A stretch of 64,000 bases of DNA from Macrostomum lignano (Eukaryota). Where the stretch lies: NCBI GenBank assembly GCA_002269645.1, contig NIVC01000654.1:127009-191008 (forward strand). The letters are read 5' to 3'. How positions within the stretch are numbered: position 1 is the first letter of the stretch; every line of letters begins with the position of its first letter. The position numbers and the translations under genes are program-made. The notes beneath the pieces are model-generated. The model made no database searches. It saw only the letters and a program-made list of their open reading frames with translations, and was not told where the DNA came from. Below are positions 27,631-41,289 of this stretch, piece by piece.

Positions 27631-30600
27631 TACTTTTTCACTCAATGAGTGTGCATATGGCTCAATAATCGAACCCATTTTTTTGCAACCCTTAATTTAA
27701 ATTTGCTTTGCAATCCTCTGACAATTATTTTCTTTGGTATATATATATATATATTCCAGATTAGCACTGCTCTCCCCAATTTAGCAGTCTGCAGTTCTAC
27801 TCTCGGCCGGCTTTTCAGTCTCCTTAGCAAACTGCAATGATCCTTTTAATAGTCTAAAAAATGGCTCAGCATTTATAGTACGGCTCACTAATCAATCGGC
27901 AGTTGTTTGCGCAACTCAGAATTTAACAATACCTTCAGGAGTTTAGCCGAATAGCAAAAATAACGCAGCCACTGAGTATTTTTCTATCCGTTGTGCATAT
28001 ATACACCTAGTTGCGCAATACTTCAATACTTTTAAAATGCACTGGCTGATTTCTCTCAATCATGCAAAAAGCATTTTTTCGAATATTTAACTATTTATAG
28101 CTCGATTGTTCGAGCGTAGCATCAGCTCAAGAAATTGAAGTTTAGTCTATGGCCATAGACGTATTACTATTTTTTGAGCTCTCACTGCGAGAAAAATACA
28201 CTAATTAGATAGGGAAAATACAGTTTTTTGAATATTTAAGACCTTTAGCATTGGGGGACGCAAGAATGACGCCAAATGGTTTTTATTTTGGCCTATGAGT
28301 AATAACCTAACCCTCAGTAAGCCTTGACATCTCAGTGATTCCCCCAGTAAGCCTTGACATCTCAGCAATTCCCCCAAATAAGCCTTGACATCTCAGCGAT
28401 ACCCCCAGTAAGCCTTGTCATCTCAGCAATTCCCCCAGTTGCCATGAATCAAAACCTTCACCAGCCAAAGTTTCCTTCATCAGCCCAAAAGCCTTTCTCA
28501 TTCAGCAAATAGTACTTATTATCCTTTCAAGCACAAACTCTTAGTGCATATCGTCATTGGCCTGGGCGTATTCTGGTCCACAGCAGGAGCTCAATATGCC
28601 ATAAGCCTTGATGACATCTCATCAATTTCCCCAGTAAGCCATGACATCTCAGAAATTCCCTTAGTAGGCCTTGACAACTCAGCAATTCCCCCAAGTAAGC
28701 CTTGACATTTCAGTAATTCCCCCAGTAAGCCTTGACAACTCAGCAATTCCCCCCAGTAAGCCTTGACATCTCAGTAATTCCCCCAGTAAGCATTGACATC
28801 TCAGCAATCCCCCCAGTAAGCCTTGAAATCTCAGAAATTCCCCCAGTAAGCCTTGAAGTCACAGCAATTCCCCCAGTAAGCCTTGACAACTCAGCAATTC
28901 CCCCCAGTAAGCCTTGACATCTCAGTAATTCCCCCAGTAAGCATTGACATCTCAGCAATCCCCCCAGTAAGCCTTGAAATCTCAGAAATTCCCCCAGTAA
29001 GCCTTGAAGTCGCAGCAATTCCCCCAGTAAGCCTTGACAACTCAGCACTTCCCCCCAGTAAGCGTTGACATTTCAGCAATTCCCCCCAGTTAGCCTTGAC
29101 ATCTCAGCAATTCCCCAGTAAGCCTTGACATCTCAGCAATTCCCCCAGTTAGCCTTGACATCTCAGTAATTCCCCCAGTTAGCCTTGACATCTCAGAATT
29201 CCCCCAGTAAGCCTTGAAATCTCGGAAATTCCCCCAATTAGCCTTGAAGTCGCAGCAATTCCCCCAGTAAGCCTTGACAACTCAGCAATTCTCCCCAGTA
29301 AGCCTTGACATCTCAGCAATTCCCCAAAGTAAGCCTTGACATCTCAGCAATTCCCCCAAATAAGCCTTGACATCTCAGCGATACCCCCAGTAAGCCTTGT
29401 CATCTCAGCAATTCCCCCAGTTGCCATGAATCAAAACCTTCACCAGCCAAAGTTTCCTTCATCAGCCCAAAAGCCTTTCTCATTCAGCAAATAGTACTTA
29501 TTATCCTTTCAAGCACAAACTCTTAGTGCATATCGTCATTGGCCTGGGCGTATTCTGGTCCACAGCAGGAGCTCAATATGCCATAAGCCTTGATGACATC
29601 TCATCAATTTCCCCAGTAAGCCATGACATCTCAGAAATTCCCTTAGTAGGCCTTGACAACTCAGCAATTCCCCCAAGTAAGCCTTGACATTTCAGTAATT
29701 CCCCCAGTAAGCCTTGACAACTCAGCAATTCCCCCCAGTAAGCCTTGACATCTCAGTAATTCCCCCAGTAAGCATTGACATCTCAGCAATCCCCCCAGTA
29801 AGCCTTGAAATCTCAGAAATTCCCCCAGTAAGCCTTGAAGTCGCAGCAATTCCCCCAGTAAGCCTTGACAACTCAGCACTTCCCCCAGTTAGCCTTGACA
29901 TCTCAGTAATTCCCCCAGTTAGCCTTGACATCTCAGAATTCCCCCAGTAAGCCTTGAAATCTCGGAAATTCCCCCAATTAGCCTTGAAGTCGCAGCAATT
30001 CCCCCAGTAAGCCTTGACAACTCAGCAATTCTCCCCAGTAAGCCTTGACATCTCAGCAATTCCCCAAAGTAAGCCTTGACATCTCAGCGATTCCCCCAGT
30101 AAGCCTTGTCATCTCAGCAATTCCCCCAGTTACCATGAATCAAAACCTTCACTCAGCAGTCTGCAGTTATCCCCTCAACAACTTGCACTTAATCATTCAC
30201 AGTTATTATCCACTTAAACTCTGTAGATAGTTATCCCATCGGAAGTTTGCAGCTATACACTCATAAGTCTGGAGGAACTACCTCAGCAGTTTTTCGTTTT
30301 TCAACTTTTCAGTCTAAATGAATGATCCCTTCGATATTTGATCATTCCATTTGCAGCTCTACAACAATTCTCATTTATCCCCTCAGCAGTCTGCAGTTTT
30401 CCTCTTTGCTGGCTCCTCAGTATCCTCAGGAAGCTGCAATGATCCTTTCAATAATTGTACGGCTCATTATATAATCAATTTTCGATAGATATTGGCAGTC
30501 TTTTGCACATCAATGCAACGAAGATTTTGCATCGTCTGCAATTTAGCGATTAGTCCAGGCAGGTACAAGCTACGCGTAATTTATTATACGCGTATTTTAT

Positions 30601-33600
30601 CTCCCACGTGCATACTCTGAAGCTTGCGAATAATTTAATTATTTATAGCTCGTAGCATCAGCTCAAGAAGTTAAAGTTTAGTCTATGGCCATAGACGTAT
30701 TATTATTTTTCGAGCTCTCACTGCGACAAAAATACACTAATTAGATAGGGAAAATACAGTTTTTTGAATATTTAAGACCTTTAGAAGTGAAGCAGATAAA
30801 AGAAATGTTAACCATACAATCCTTGGTTGAGTTGCAATTTTTTGGTGAAAACGCGATCAAAATTGGTCAAGAATTGCAGTCTGCAGAGCGTTTTACACGG
30901 ACAGACATAGATTAGAGATTTAGTATTTAACTAGCAATTTAAGCCCCCCGTTGGGGGGCGCAAAAATGACGCCAAGTGGTTTTTATTTTGGCCAATGAGT
31001 AATAACCTTACTTATTATTCAAAATCCAATCAAAACTTACTTTTTCAAATTTTTGGCAAAAATAAATTGCCATGAATCAAAATCTTCACCAGCCAAAGTT
31101 TCCTTCATCAGCCCAAAACCCTTTCTCATTCAGCAAATAGTACTTATCCTTTCAAGCACAAACTCTTAGGGCATATCGTCATTGGCCTGGGCATATTCTG
31201 GTCCGCAGCAGGAGCTCAATATGCCATAAGCCTTGATGACATCTCAATAATTTCCCCAGTAAGCCTTGACATCTCAGCAATTCCTCTCAGTAAGCCTTGA
31301 CAATTCAGCAATTCCCCCCAGTAAACCTTGACAATTCAGCAATTCCCCCAGTAAGCCTTGACATCTCAGCAATTCCCCCCAGTAAGCCTTGAAATCTCAG
31401 TAACTCCCCCCAGCAAGCCTTGACATCTCAGCAATTCCCCCCAGTAAGCCTTGAAATCTCAGTAACTCCCCAGTAAGTCTCGAATCTCAGTAATTCTTCC
31501 AGTAAGTCTTGAAGTCTAAGCAATTTCCCCAGTAAGCCTTGACATCTCAGCAATTCATCCAAGAAAGCCTTGAAATCTCAGCAATTCCCCCAGTAAGCCT
31601 TGAAGTCTCAGTAATTTCCCAGTAAGTCTCGAATCTCAGTAATTCCTCCAGTAAGTCTTGACTTCTCACAATTCCCCCAGTAGGCCTTGACAACTCAGCA
31701 ATTCCCCCAGTAAACCTTGAAATCTTAGAAATTCCCCCAGTAAGCCTTGAAGTCTCAGCAATTCCCCCAGTAAGCCTTGACAACTCAGCAATTCCCCCAG
31801 TAAACCTTGAAGTCTCAGAAATTTCCCCAGTAAGCCTCGAATCTCAGTAATTCCTACAGTAAGTCTTGACTTCTCACAATTCCCCCAGTAGGCCTTGACA
31901 ACTCAGCAATTACCCCAAGTAAGCCTTCACATCTCAGCAATTCCCCCAGTAAGCCTTGACAACTCAGCAATTCCCCCAGTAAACCTTGAAATCTCAGAAA
32001 TTCCCCCAGTAAGCCTTGAAGTCTCAGCAATTCCCTCAGTAAGCCTTGACAACTCAGCAATTCCCCCAGTAAAACTTGAAGTCTCAGAAATTTCCCCAGT
32101 AAGCCTCGACATCGCAGCAATTACCCCATTAAGCCTTGACATCTCAGAAATCCCCCCAGTAAACCTTGACATTGCAGCAATTAAACTCGAGCCTTGGCAT
32201 CTACGCAATTCTCCCAGTCCAGTAAGCCTCGAGATTGCAGCAATTCCCCCAGTAAGCCTTGACATCTCAGCAATTCATCCAAGAAAGCCTTGAAATCTCA
32301 GCAATTCCCCCAGTAAGCCTTGAAGTCTCAGTAATTCCCCAGTAAGTCTCGAATCTCAGTAATTCCTCCAGTAAGTCTTGACTTCTCACAATTCCCCCAG
32401 TAGGCCTTGACAACTCAGCAATTCCCCCAGTAAGCCTTCACATCTCAGAAATTCCCCCAGTAAGCCTTGAAGTCTCAGCAATTCCCCCAGTAAGCCTTGA
32501 CAACTCAGCAATTCCCCCAGTAAACCTTGAAGTCTCAGAAATTTCCCCAGTAAGCCTCGACATCGCAGCAATTACCCCATTAAGCCTTGACATCTCAGAA
32601 ATCCCCCCAGTAAGCCTTGACATTGCAGCAATTAAACTCGAGCCTTGGCATCTACGCAATTCTCCCAGTCCAGTAAGCCTCGAGATTGCAGCAATTCCCC
32701 CAGTAAGCCTTGACAACTCAGCAATTCATCCAAGAAAGCCTTGAAATCTCAGCAATTTCCTGAGTAAGCCTTGAAATCTCAGAAATTCCCCCAGTAAGCC
32801 TTGAAGTCTCAGCAATTCCCCCAGTAAGCCTTGACAACTCAGCAATTCCCCCCAGTAAGCCTTGAAATCTCAGTAATTCCCCAGTAAGTCTCGAATCTCA
32901 GTAATTCCTACAGTAAGTCTTGACTTCTCACAATTCCCCCAGTAGGCCTTGACAACTCAGCAATTCCCCCAAGTAAGCCTTCACATCTCAGCAATTCCCC
33001 CAGTAAGCCTTGACAACTCAGCAATTCCCCCAGTAAACCTTGAAATCTCAGAAATTCCCCCAGTAAGCCTTGAAGTCTCAGCAATTCCCCCAGTAAACCT
33101 TGAAATCTCAGAAATTCCCCCAGTAAGCCTTTGGCTGGTGAAGGTTTTGATTCGTGGCAATTTATTTTTGCCAAAAATGAGAAAAAGTAAGTTTTGATTA
33201 ATGGATTTTGAATAATAAGTAAGGTTATTACTCATTGGCCAAAATAAAAACCACTTGGCGTCATTCTTGCGTCCCCCAACGGGGGGCTTAAATTGCTAGT
33301 AGTTGCTTTTAATCAAAAATGTTCGATTAGTCCAGGCACAAGCTAAAAATAAATGAAAATTTATTTAATATATTTTTATCTCCCACGTGCATACTCTGAA
33401 GCTTGCGAATAATTTAATTATTTATAGCTCATAGCATCAGCTCAAGAAATTAAATTTTAGTCTATGGCCATAGACGTATTATTATTTTTCGAGCTCTCAC
33501 TGCGAGAAAAATACACTAATTAGATAGGGAAAATACAGTCTTTTGAATATTTAAGACCTTTAAAATTGAAGCAGATAAAAGAACTTTTAACCATACAATC

Positions 33601-36600
33601 CTTGGTTGAGTTGCAACTTTTTGGTGAAAACGCGATCGAAATTGGTCAAGAATTGCAATGTGTAGAGCGTTTTACACGGACAGACAGACAGACATAGATT
33701 AGAGATTTAGTATATAAGACTAGCAATTTAAGCCCCCCGTTGGGGGGCGCAAAAATGACGCCAAGTGGTTTTTATTTTGGCCAATGAGTAATAACCTTAC
33801 CCCTAGTAAGCCTTGACATCTCAGCAATTCCCCCAGTAAGCCTTGACATCTCAGCAATTCCCCCAAATAAGCCTTGAGATCTCAGCGATACCCCGAGTAA
33901 GCCTTGTCATCTCAGCAATTCCCCCAGTTGCCATGAATCAAAACCTTCACCAGCCAAAGTTTCCTTCATCAGCCCAAAAGCCTTTCTCATTCAGCAAATA
34001 GTACTTATCCTTTCAAGCACAAACTCTTAGTGCATATCGTCATTGGCCTGGGCGTATTCTGGTCCACAGCAGGAGCTCAATATGTCATAAGCCTTGATGA
34101 CATCTCATTAATTTCCCCAGTAAGCCTTGACATCTCAGAAATTCCCTTAGTAGGCCTTGACATCTCAGCAATTCCTCCAGTAAGCCTTGACATCTCAAAA
34201 ATTCTTTTAGTAGGACTTGACATCTCAGAAATTCCCTTAGTAAGCGTTGAAATCTCAGAAATTCCATTAGTAAGCCTTGAAATCTCAGCAATTCCCCCAG
34301 TACGCCTTGAAATCTCAGTAATTCCCCCAGTAAGCCTTGAAGTCTCAGCAATTCCCCCCAGTAAGCCTTGAAATCTCAGTAGTTCCTCAAGTAAGTCTTG
34401 ACTTCCCACAATTCCCCCAGTAGGCCTTGACAACTCAGCAATTCCCCCAGTTGCCATGAATCAAAACCTTCACCAGCCAAAGTTTCCTTCATTAGCCCAA
34501 AACCCTTTCTCAATCAGCAAATAGTACTTATCCTTTCAAGCACAAACTTTTTGGGCATATCGTCATTGGCCTGGGCATATTCTGGTCCGCAGCAGGAGCT
34601 CAATATGCCATAAGCCTTGATGACATCTCAATAATTTCCCCAGTAAGCCTTGACATCTCAGCAATTCCCCCAGTAAACCTTGACAATTCAGTAATTACCC
34701 AGTAAGTCTCGAATCTCAGTAATTCCTCCAGTAAGTCTTGAAGTCTAAGCAATTCCCCCAGTAAGCCTTGACATCTCAGCAATTCCCCCCAGCAAGCCTT
34801 GAAATATCAGCAATTCCCCCAGTAAGCCTTGAAGTCTCAGCAATTCCCCCAAGTAAGCCTTGACATCTCAGCAATTCCCCCAGTAAGCCTTGACATCTCA
34901 GCAATTCCTCCTAATAAGCCTTGACAACTCAGCAATTCCCCCCAGCAAGCCTTGAAATCTCAGCAATTCCCCCAGTAAGCCTTGACATCTCAGCAATTCC
35001 CCCCAGCAAGCCTTGAAATCTCAGCAATTCCCCGAGTAAGCCTTGATATTTCAGAAATTCCCCCAGTAAGCCTTGAAGTCTCAGCAATTCCCCGAGTAAG
35101 CCTTGAAATCTCAGCAATTACCCCAGTAAGCCTTGACATCTCAGCAATTCCCCCAGTAAGCCTTGACAACTCAGCAATTCAGCCAGATAAATGTGCTGCT
35201 TCAATGCAGACTCGAACTGCCGACCATCTGCTTAGCCTATGCCTGTTATTGCTTGTCTACAGTAATTCAGTAATTCTTGTAGCTTGTAGCTTCTCTTCTA
35301 ATCCCGCGAAACAGAATGCAGTCATACTATTAACAGCCTGCAGACATCCACTTTGCCGTCTACAACTTTCATTAACATCAGCAAACTACAATAAGTCTCG
35401 AATCTCAGTAATTCCTCCAGTAAGTCTTGACTTCTCACAATTCCCCCAGTAAGCCTTGACATCGCAGCAATTAAACTCGAGCCTTGGCATCTACGCAATT
35501 CTCCCAGCCCAGTAAGCCTTGACATCTCAACAATTCCCCCAGTAAGCCAGATAAATTTGCTGCTTCAATGCAGACTCCAACTGCCGACCATCTGCTTAGC
35601 CTATGCCTGTTATTGCTTGTCTACAGTAATTCAGTAATTCTTGTAGCTTGTAGCTTCTCTTCTAATCCCGCAAAACAGAATGCAGTCATACTATTAACAG
35701 CCTGCAGATATCCACTTTGCCGTCTACAACTTTCATTAACATCAGCAAACTACAATAATTCACTCAGCAGAATACAGTTATCCCCTCAATAAACTTGCAA
35801 TTTCAGTCTAAATGAATGATCCCTTCGATATTTGATCATTCCATTTGCAGTCTACAACAATTCTCATTTATCCTCTCAGCAGTCTGCAGTTTTCCTCTTT
35901 GCTGGCTCCTCAGTATCCTCAGGAAGCTGCAATGATCCTTTCAATAATTGTACGGCTCATTATATAATCAATTTTCGATAGATATTGGCAGTCTTTTGCA
36001 CATCAATGCAACGAAGATTTTGCATCGTCTGCATTTTAGCGATTAGTCCAGGCAGGTACAAGCTACGCGTAATTTATTATACGCGTATTTTATCTCCCAC
36101 GTGCATACTCTGAAGCTTGCGAATAATTTAATTATTTATAGCTCGCAGCATCAGCTCAAGAAGTTAAAGTTTAGTCTATGGCCATAGACGTATTATTATT
36201 TTTCGAGCTCTCACTGCGACAAAAATACACTAATTAGATAGGGAAAATACAGTTTTTTGAATATTTAAGACCTTTAGAATTGAAGCAGATAAAAGAAATG
36301 TTAACCATACAATCCTTGGCTGAGTTTAAATTTTTTTTCAATTCCCCCAGTTGCCATGAATCAAAACCTTCACCAGCCAAAGCTTTCTTCGTCAGCCAAA
36401 AAACCCTTTCTCATTTAGCAAATAGTACTTATCCTTTCAAGCACAAACTCTTAGTGCATATCGTCATTGGCCTGGGCATATTCTGGTCCGCAGCAGGAGC
36501 TCAATATGCCATAAGCCTTGATGACATCTCAGCTATTTCCCCAGTAAGCCTTGACATCGCAGCAATTCCCCCAGTAAGCCTTGACATCGCAGCAACGCGA

Positions 36601-37222
36601 AGTCGAGCCTTGGCATCTACGTAATTCTCCCAGCCCATTAAGCCCCCCAGTTAATGGGCTGGGAATCCCCCCAGTAAGCCAGTTAATTTGCTGCTTCAAT
36701 GCAGACTCGAACTGCCTACCATCTGCTTAGCCTATGCCTGTTATTGCTTGTCTACAGTAATTCAGTAATTCTTGAAATTTCCTTCTAATCCCGCAAAACA
36801 GACTGCAGTCATACTATTAACAGCCTGCAGTTATCCACTTTGCCGTCTACAACTTTCATTAATGTCAGCAAACTACAATAATTCACATCTCAGCAATACA
36901 CCCAGTAAGCCTTGACATCTCAGCAATTCCCCCAGTAAGCCTTGACATCTCAGCAATTCCCCCCAGTAAGCCTTGACATTCATTAACATCAGCAAAGTAC
37001 AATAATTCACTCAGCAGCCTGCAGTTATCCCCTCAAAATCTTGCACTTAATCATTCACAGTTATTATCCACTAAAACTCTGTAGATAGTTATCCCATCGG
37101 AAGTTTGCAGCTATACACTCATAAGTCTGGAGGAACTACCTCAGCAGTTTTTCGTTTTTCAACTTTGCAATCTTTTGCACAACTCAGCTTTTAGCAATAC
37201 TTTCAGGCACTTTAACAACATC

Positions 37223-37338
37223 GGGCCAGTTCTATAAAGCCATCGTAAGATAAGATCGATCTTAGCTCCTATCTTCGCAGTGCAAAAGTTCTGACGTACG
37301 ATCGAACTTACGCTACGACAGCTTTATAGTACGACCCC
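37223..37338. mobile_element. 116-bp MITE with 3-bp TSD (PIF/Harbinger-like)
   Basis: Imperfect TIRs GGGCCAGTTCTATAAAGCCATCGTA and revcomp GGGGTCGTACTATAAAGCTGTCGTA. ATC is duplicated at 37220-22 and 37339-41. The right flank matches uninterrupted CATCGTCTGCATTTTAGCGATT at ~36023. Confidence 0.6.
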
Positions 37339-40300
37339 ATCGTCTGCATTTTAGCGATTTCTTAGACCTAGCAATAATAATTGATGGGATAACTGATAGT
37401 CGAAGCTAATTATTATTAATTAATAAAAATTGTTGCTTTTAATCAAAAAATGTTCGATTAGACACGGCAGGAGCTACAAATAAAAGAAAATTAATTTAAT
37501 ATATTTTTATCTCCCTCGTGCATACTCTGAAGCTTGCGAATAATTTAATTATTTACAGCTCGCAGCATCAGCTCAAGAAAAGAAAGTTTAGTCTATGGCC
37601 ATAGACGTATTATTATTTTTCGAGCTCTCACTGCGAGAAAAATACACTAATTAGATAGGAAAAATACAGTTTTTTGAATATTTAAGACCTTTAGAATTGA
37701 AGCAGATAAAAGAAATGTTAACCATACAATCCTTGGCTGATTTGCAATGTTTTGGCGAAAACGCGATCGAAATTGGTCATGAATTGCAGTCTGTAGAGCG
37801 TTTTACACGGACATAGATTTGCTGGCACGGACAATCAATCGCATGGCTATTTGGCAGAGTTTTTAATTTAAGCAGTGAAGTTTATACGGGCAGTAAAATT
37901 GTTTGAGATAATTTTTCAGGTTAGCCATTGTCACAGAAAATGCCAGTTGTCTGCTTCCTTTTGCCTTGACTTCTGTTCATCAGGTTTTTTTATAACCGAG
38001 AGGGAGGCCCATCCCTGATGCAACAGCAAGCAATCCGATTGTTCGAAAAGTGCTATATTAGATTGTTTTTAATCGAAATCGACCTTGTAAATATTTTAGA
38101 CTATTAAACATAAACTGCTGTAATAGCAATTTAAGCCCCCCGTTGGGGGACGCAAGAATGACGCCAAGTGGTTTTTATTTTGGCCAATGAGTAAAAACCT
38201 TACTTATTATTCAAAATCCATTAATCAAAACTTCCTTTTTCTCATTTTTGGCATTTTATTTTTGCATAAGAGTAACTTTACTATAATCGTCCAAAAAATT
38301 GATTTCCATTAATCAAAAATTACCTTTTCTCATTTTGGCAGAAATAAATTGCCATTAATCCAAGCTTTCATTAGCCAAAAAGTTTCCTTCATCAGCCCAA
38401 AACCCTTTCTAAATCAGCAAATAGTGCTTATCCTTTCAAGCACAAACTCTTGATGGATATCGTCAATGGCCGGGGCATATTCTGATCCGCAGCAGGAGCT
38501 CAATATGCAAATCCCTGACGCCCTTAGACCCTCTCTCTATATTAGCCTAAATCAAAGGATCAAACCTTTAATGAATGCGCTGGTATTTCCTATTAGCAGA
38601 AATCAGCATCATTTGTGTGTACTTTTTCATTATCTGAATTACATGAGCTACTTGAGCCGTACTACCTGACTATCTGACAATCGCCTAACAATCTAATACC
38701 CCCCCCCCCCCCAACAATTCAGCCATCGTCCATGGGCCTTGACATCTCAGCAATTCCCCCAGTAAGCCTTGATATCTCAGAAATTCCCCCAGTTAGCCTT
38801 GGCATATCAGCAATTCCTCTAGTAAGCCTTGAGATCTCAGCATTTCCCCAGTAAGCCTTGACATCTCAGCAATCCCCCCAGATGCTTCACCAGCAGTTTA
38901 GCAATACATCGTCACCAGCAGTTTAGCAATTTGTTCACCAGCAGTTAGCAATGGTTCACCACCAGTTTAGCAATGGCTCACCAGCACTGTTTTGCACAAT
39001 CAGGGCCACTAATCGCCATATGCATCGCAATAATTGAAACCATTTGAAATGTATACAACTTGCATTTTAAATTTGATTTGCTATCTCCTAAATTTTTAAT
39101 ACTTTATTGTATGCGTCAGATTAGCACTGCTCTCTCAGATTACTAATACATGTACCCTCTGCAAATGAAATCTTACAGCAGATTAGCAATGCCGCTCGAA
39201 CTGCCGACCTTCTACTAAAAGCCTTATACTATTCAAGAAGTTTAGTAACTTCAGCAGTTTGAAGTAAACCCTTCCCCCAGAAATTGGTAGTTATCGCCAC
39301 AACAATCTGAAAAGCTATCCCTTTTAATCCCGCAAACAAACTGCAGTCAAACTCTTAGCAGCCTGCAGATTAAACAATTATCCACTCAGTGGCCTAGAAT
39401 TGTCTTCTCAGCAAACTTAGCAGTCCGCAGGAATCAACTCAACAATCCACTCAAAACTCTGAAGATAATTATCCACTCAATAGTTTGCAGCTATACGCTC
39501 TTAAGTCTGGAATATCTATATGATTCATGAACGATCTCTTTGACAATCTGCAGTTCCCCTCAGAAGTCTACAGTCAATCCATTTGCAGTCAGCAAAAGTT
39601 TCCTTAATTGTTGAGTTGATTCCTGCGGACTGCTAAGTTTGCTGAGAAGACAATGGGCAGTCTTTTGCACATCAATGCAACGAAGATTTTGCATCGTCTG
39701 CAATTTAGCGATTAGTCCAGGTAGGCACAAGCTACAAATAAATGAAAATTTTATTTCATTTTATCTTATCTCCCACGTGCATACTCTGAAGCTTGCGAAT
39801 ATTTAATTATTTATAGCTTGTAGCATCAGCTCAAGAAGTTAAAGTTTAGTCTATGGCCATAGACGTATTATTATTTTTCGAGCTCTCACTGCGAGAAAAA
39901 TACACTAATTAGATAGGGAAAATACAGTTTTTTGAATATTTAAGACCTTTAGAAGTGAAGCAGATAAAAGAAATGTTAACCATACAATCCTTGGTTGAGT
40001 TGCAACTTTTTGGTGAAAACGCGATCGAAATTGGTCATGAATTGCAGTCTGTAGAGCGTTTTACACGGACAGACAGACAGACATAGATTAGAGATTTAGT
40101 ATATAAGATTTCGACAATGAGCCTTGAGCCTCAGCATTAAAGTAACTTCCTCATAAGCTTTTAAATCTAAATTTCACCGGAAGCCTTGACCTGTCAGCAA
40201 TTCCCCGTAGAGCCAAAGCATTTAAGTAATTCGCCCCAAGAGCATTTAATCTTAGCAATTCCTCGATGGATCATTAATGATTGACACGACGATCGCGCTA

Positions 40301-41289
40301 TAATTGAACCCTAAGCCTAACCCTTAACCTGCAGCAGAACTTTAGCAATTCCCCAATAAGCTTTAAAAATTTTAGTAATTTCCCCATGAGCCTGAAAATT
40401 GAGTGACTTTTGATACCTTTTGATATCTTGGCACTTGCATTTCAACAATTTATTTCTGCAATTTCACAAATGAACCTTGAAATCAAAGCAATTCTCCACA
40501 GAATGACAATTATAGCAATTCCCCTTGTGCCTTGAGATCTTATAAATCCTCCCATGAGTATTTATTGATATATCATCATGATATATCAAATTGATATATC
40601 ACAGCAATTTGCCATACCAGCATTATGCTCGTAGCAATAGTCTTAGCAGTCTGCAGTTTAGCAATGGTTCACCAGCAGTTTAGCAATGCTTCACCAGAAG
40701 TTTAGCAATGCTTCACCAGCAGTTTAGCTATGGTTCACCAGAAGTTTAGCAATGCAGTTTAGCAATATAGTTTAGCAATGCAGTTTAGCAATGCAGTTTA
40801 GCAATATAGTTTAGCAATGCAGTTTAGCAATGCTTCACCAGCAGTTTAGCAATGCTTCACCAGCAGTTTAGCAATGCAGTTTAGCAATGCTTCACCAGCA
40901 GTTTAGCAATGCAGTTTAGCAATGCTTCACCAGCAGTTTAGCAATGCAGTTTAGCAATGCTTCACCAGCAGTTTAGCAATGCAGTTTAGCAATGGTTGAG
41001 TTGCAATTTTTTGGTGAAAACGCGATCAAAATTGGTCAAGAATTGCAGTCTGCAGAGCGTTTTACACGGACAGACATAGATTAGAGATTTAGTATATAAG
41101 AAGTGGAACTCCTCCTCTGGAGGAGAAAGGGGAAGAACTCCCATCACCGGAATTCTGAAGGGGAAGAACTCCTATCAGCTGAAATTCAATGAATTGAGTC
41201 CCATCTTCCAAATCATCTCCAAATCCTCTACAATCTATCAACTCCCATCTCTCATCTCTTGCGCCCTGCGCTCTGATTTTTATTTTTAC

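Noticed and set aside
37810-38120. Unique ~310-bp island inside the Helitron nest as a captured host exon
   Set aside because: There is an acceptor-like TTTTCAG but no convincing ORF or homology; it may simply be original flanking DNA.
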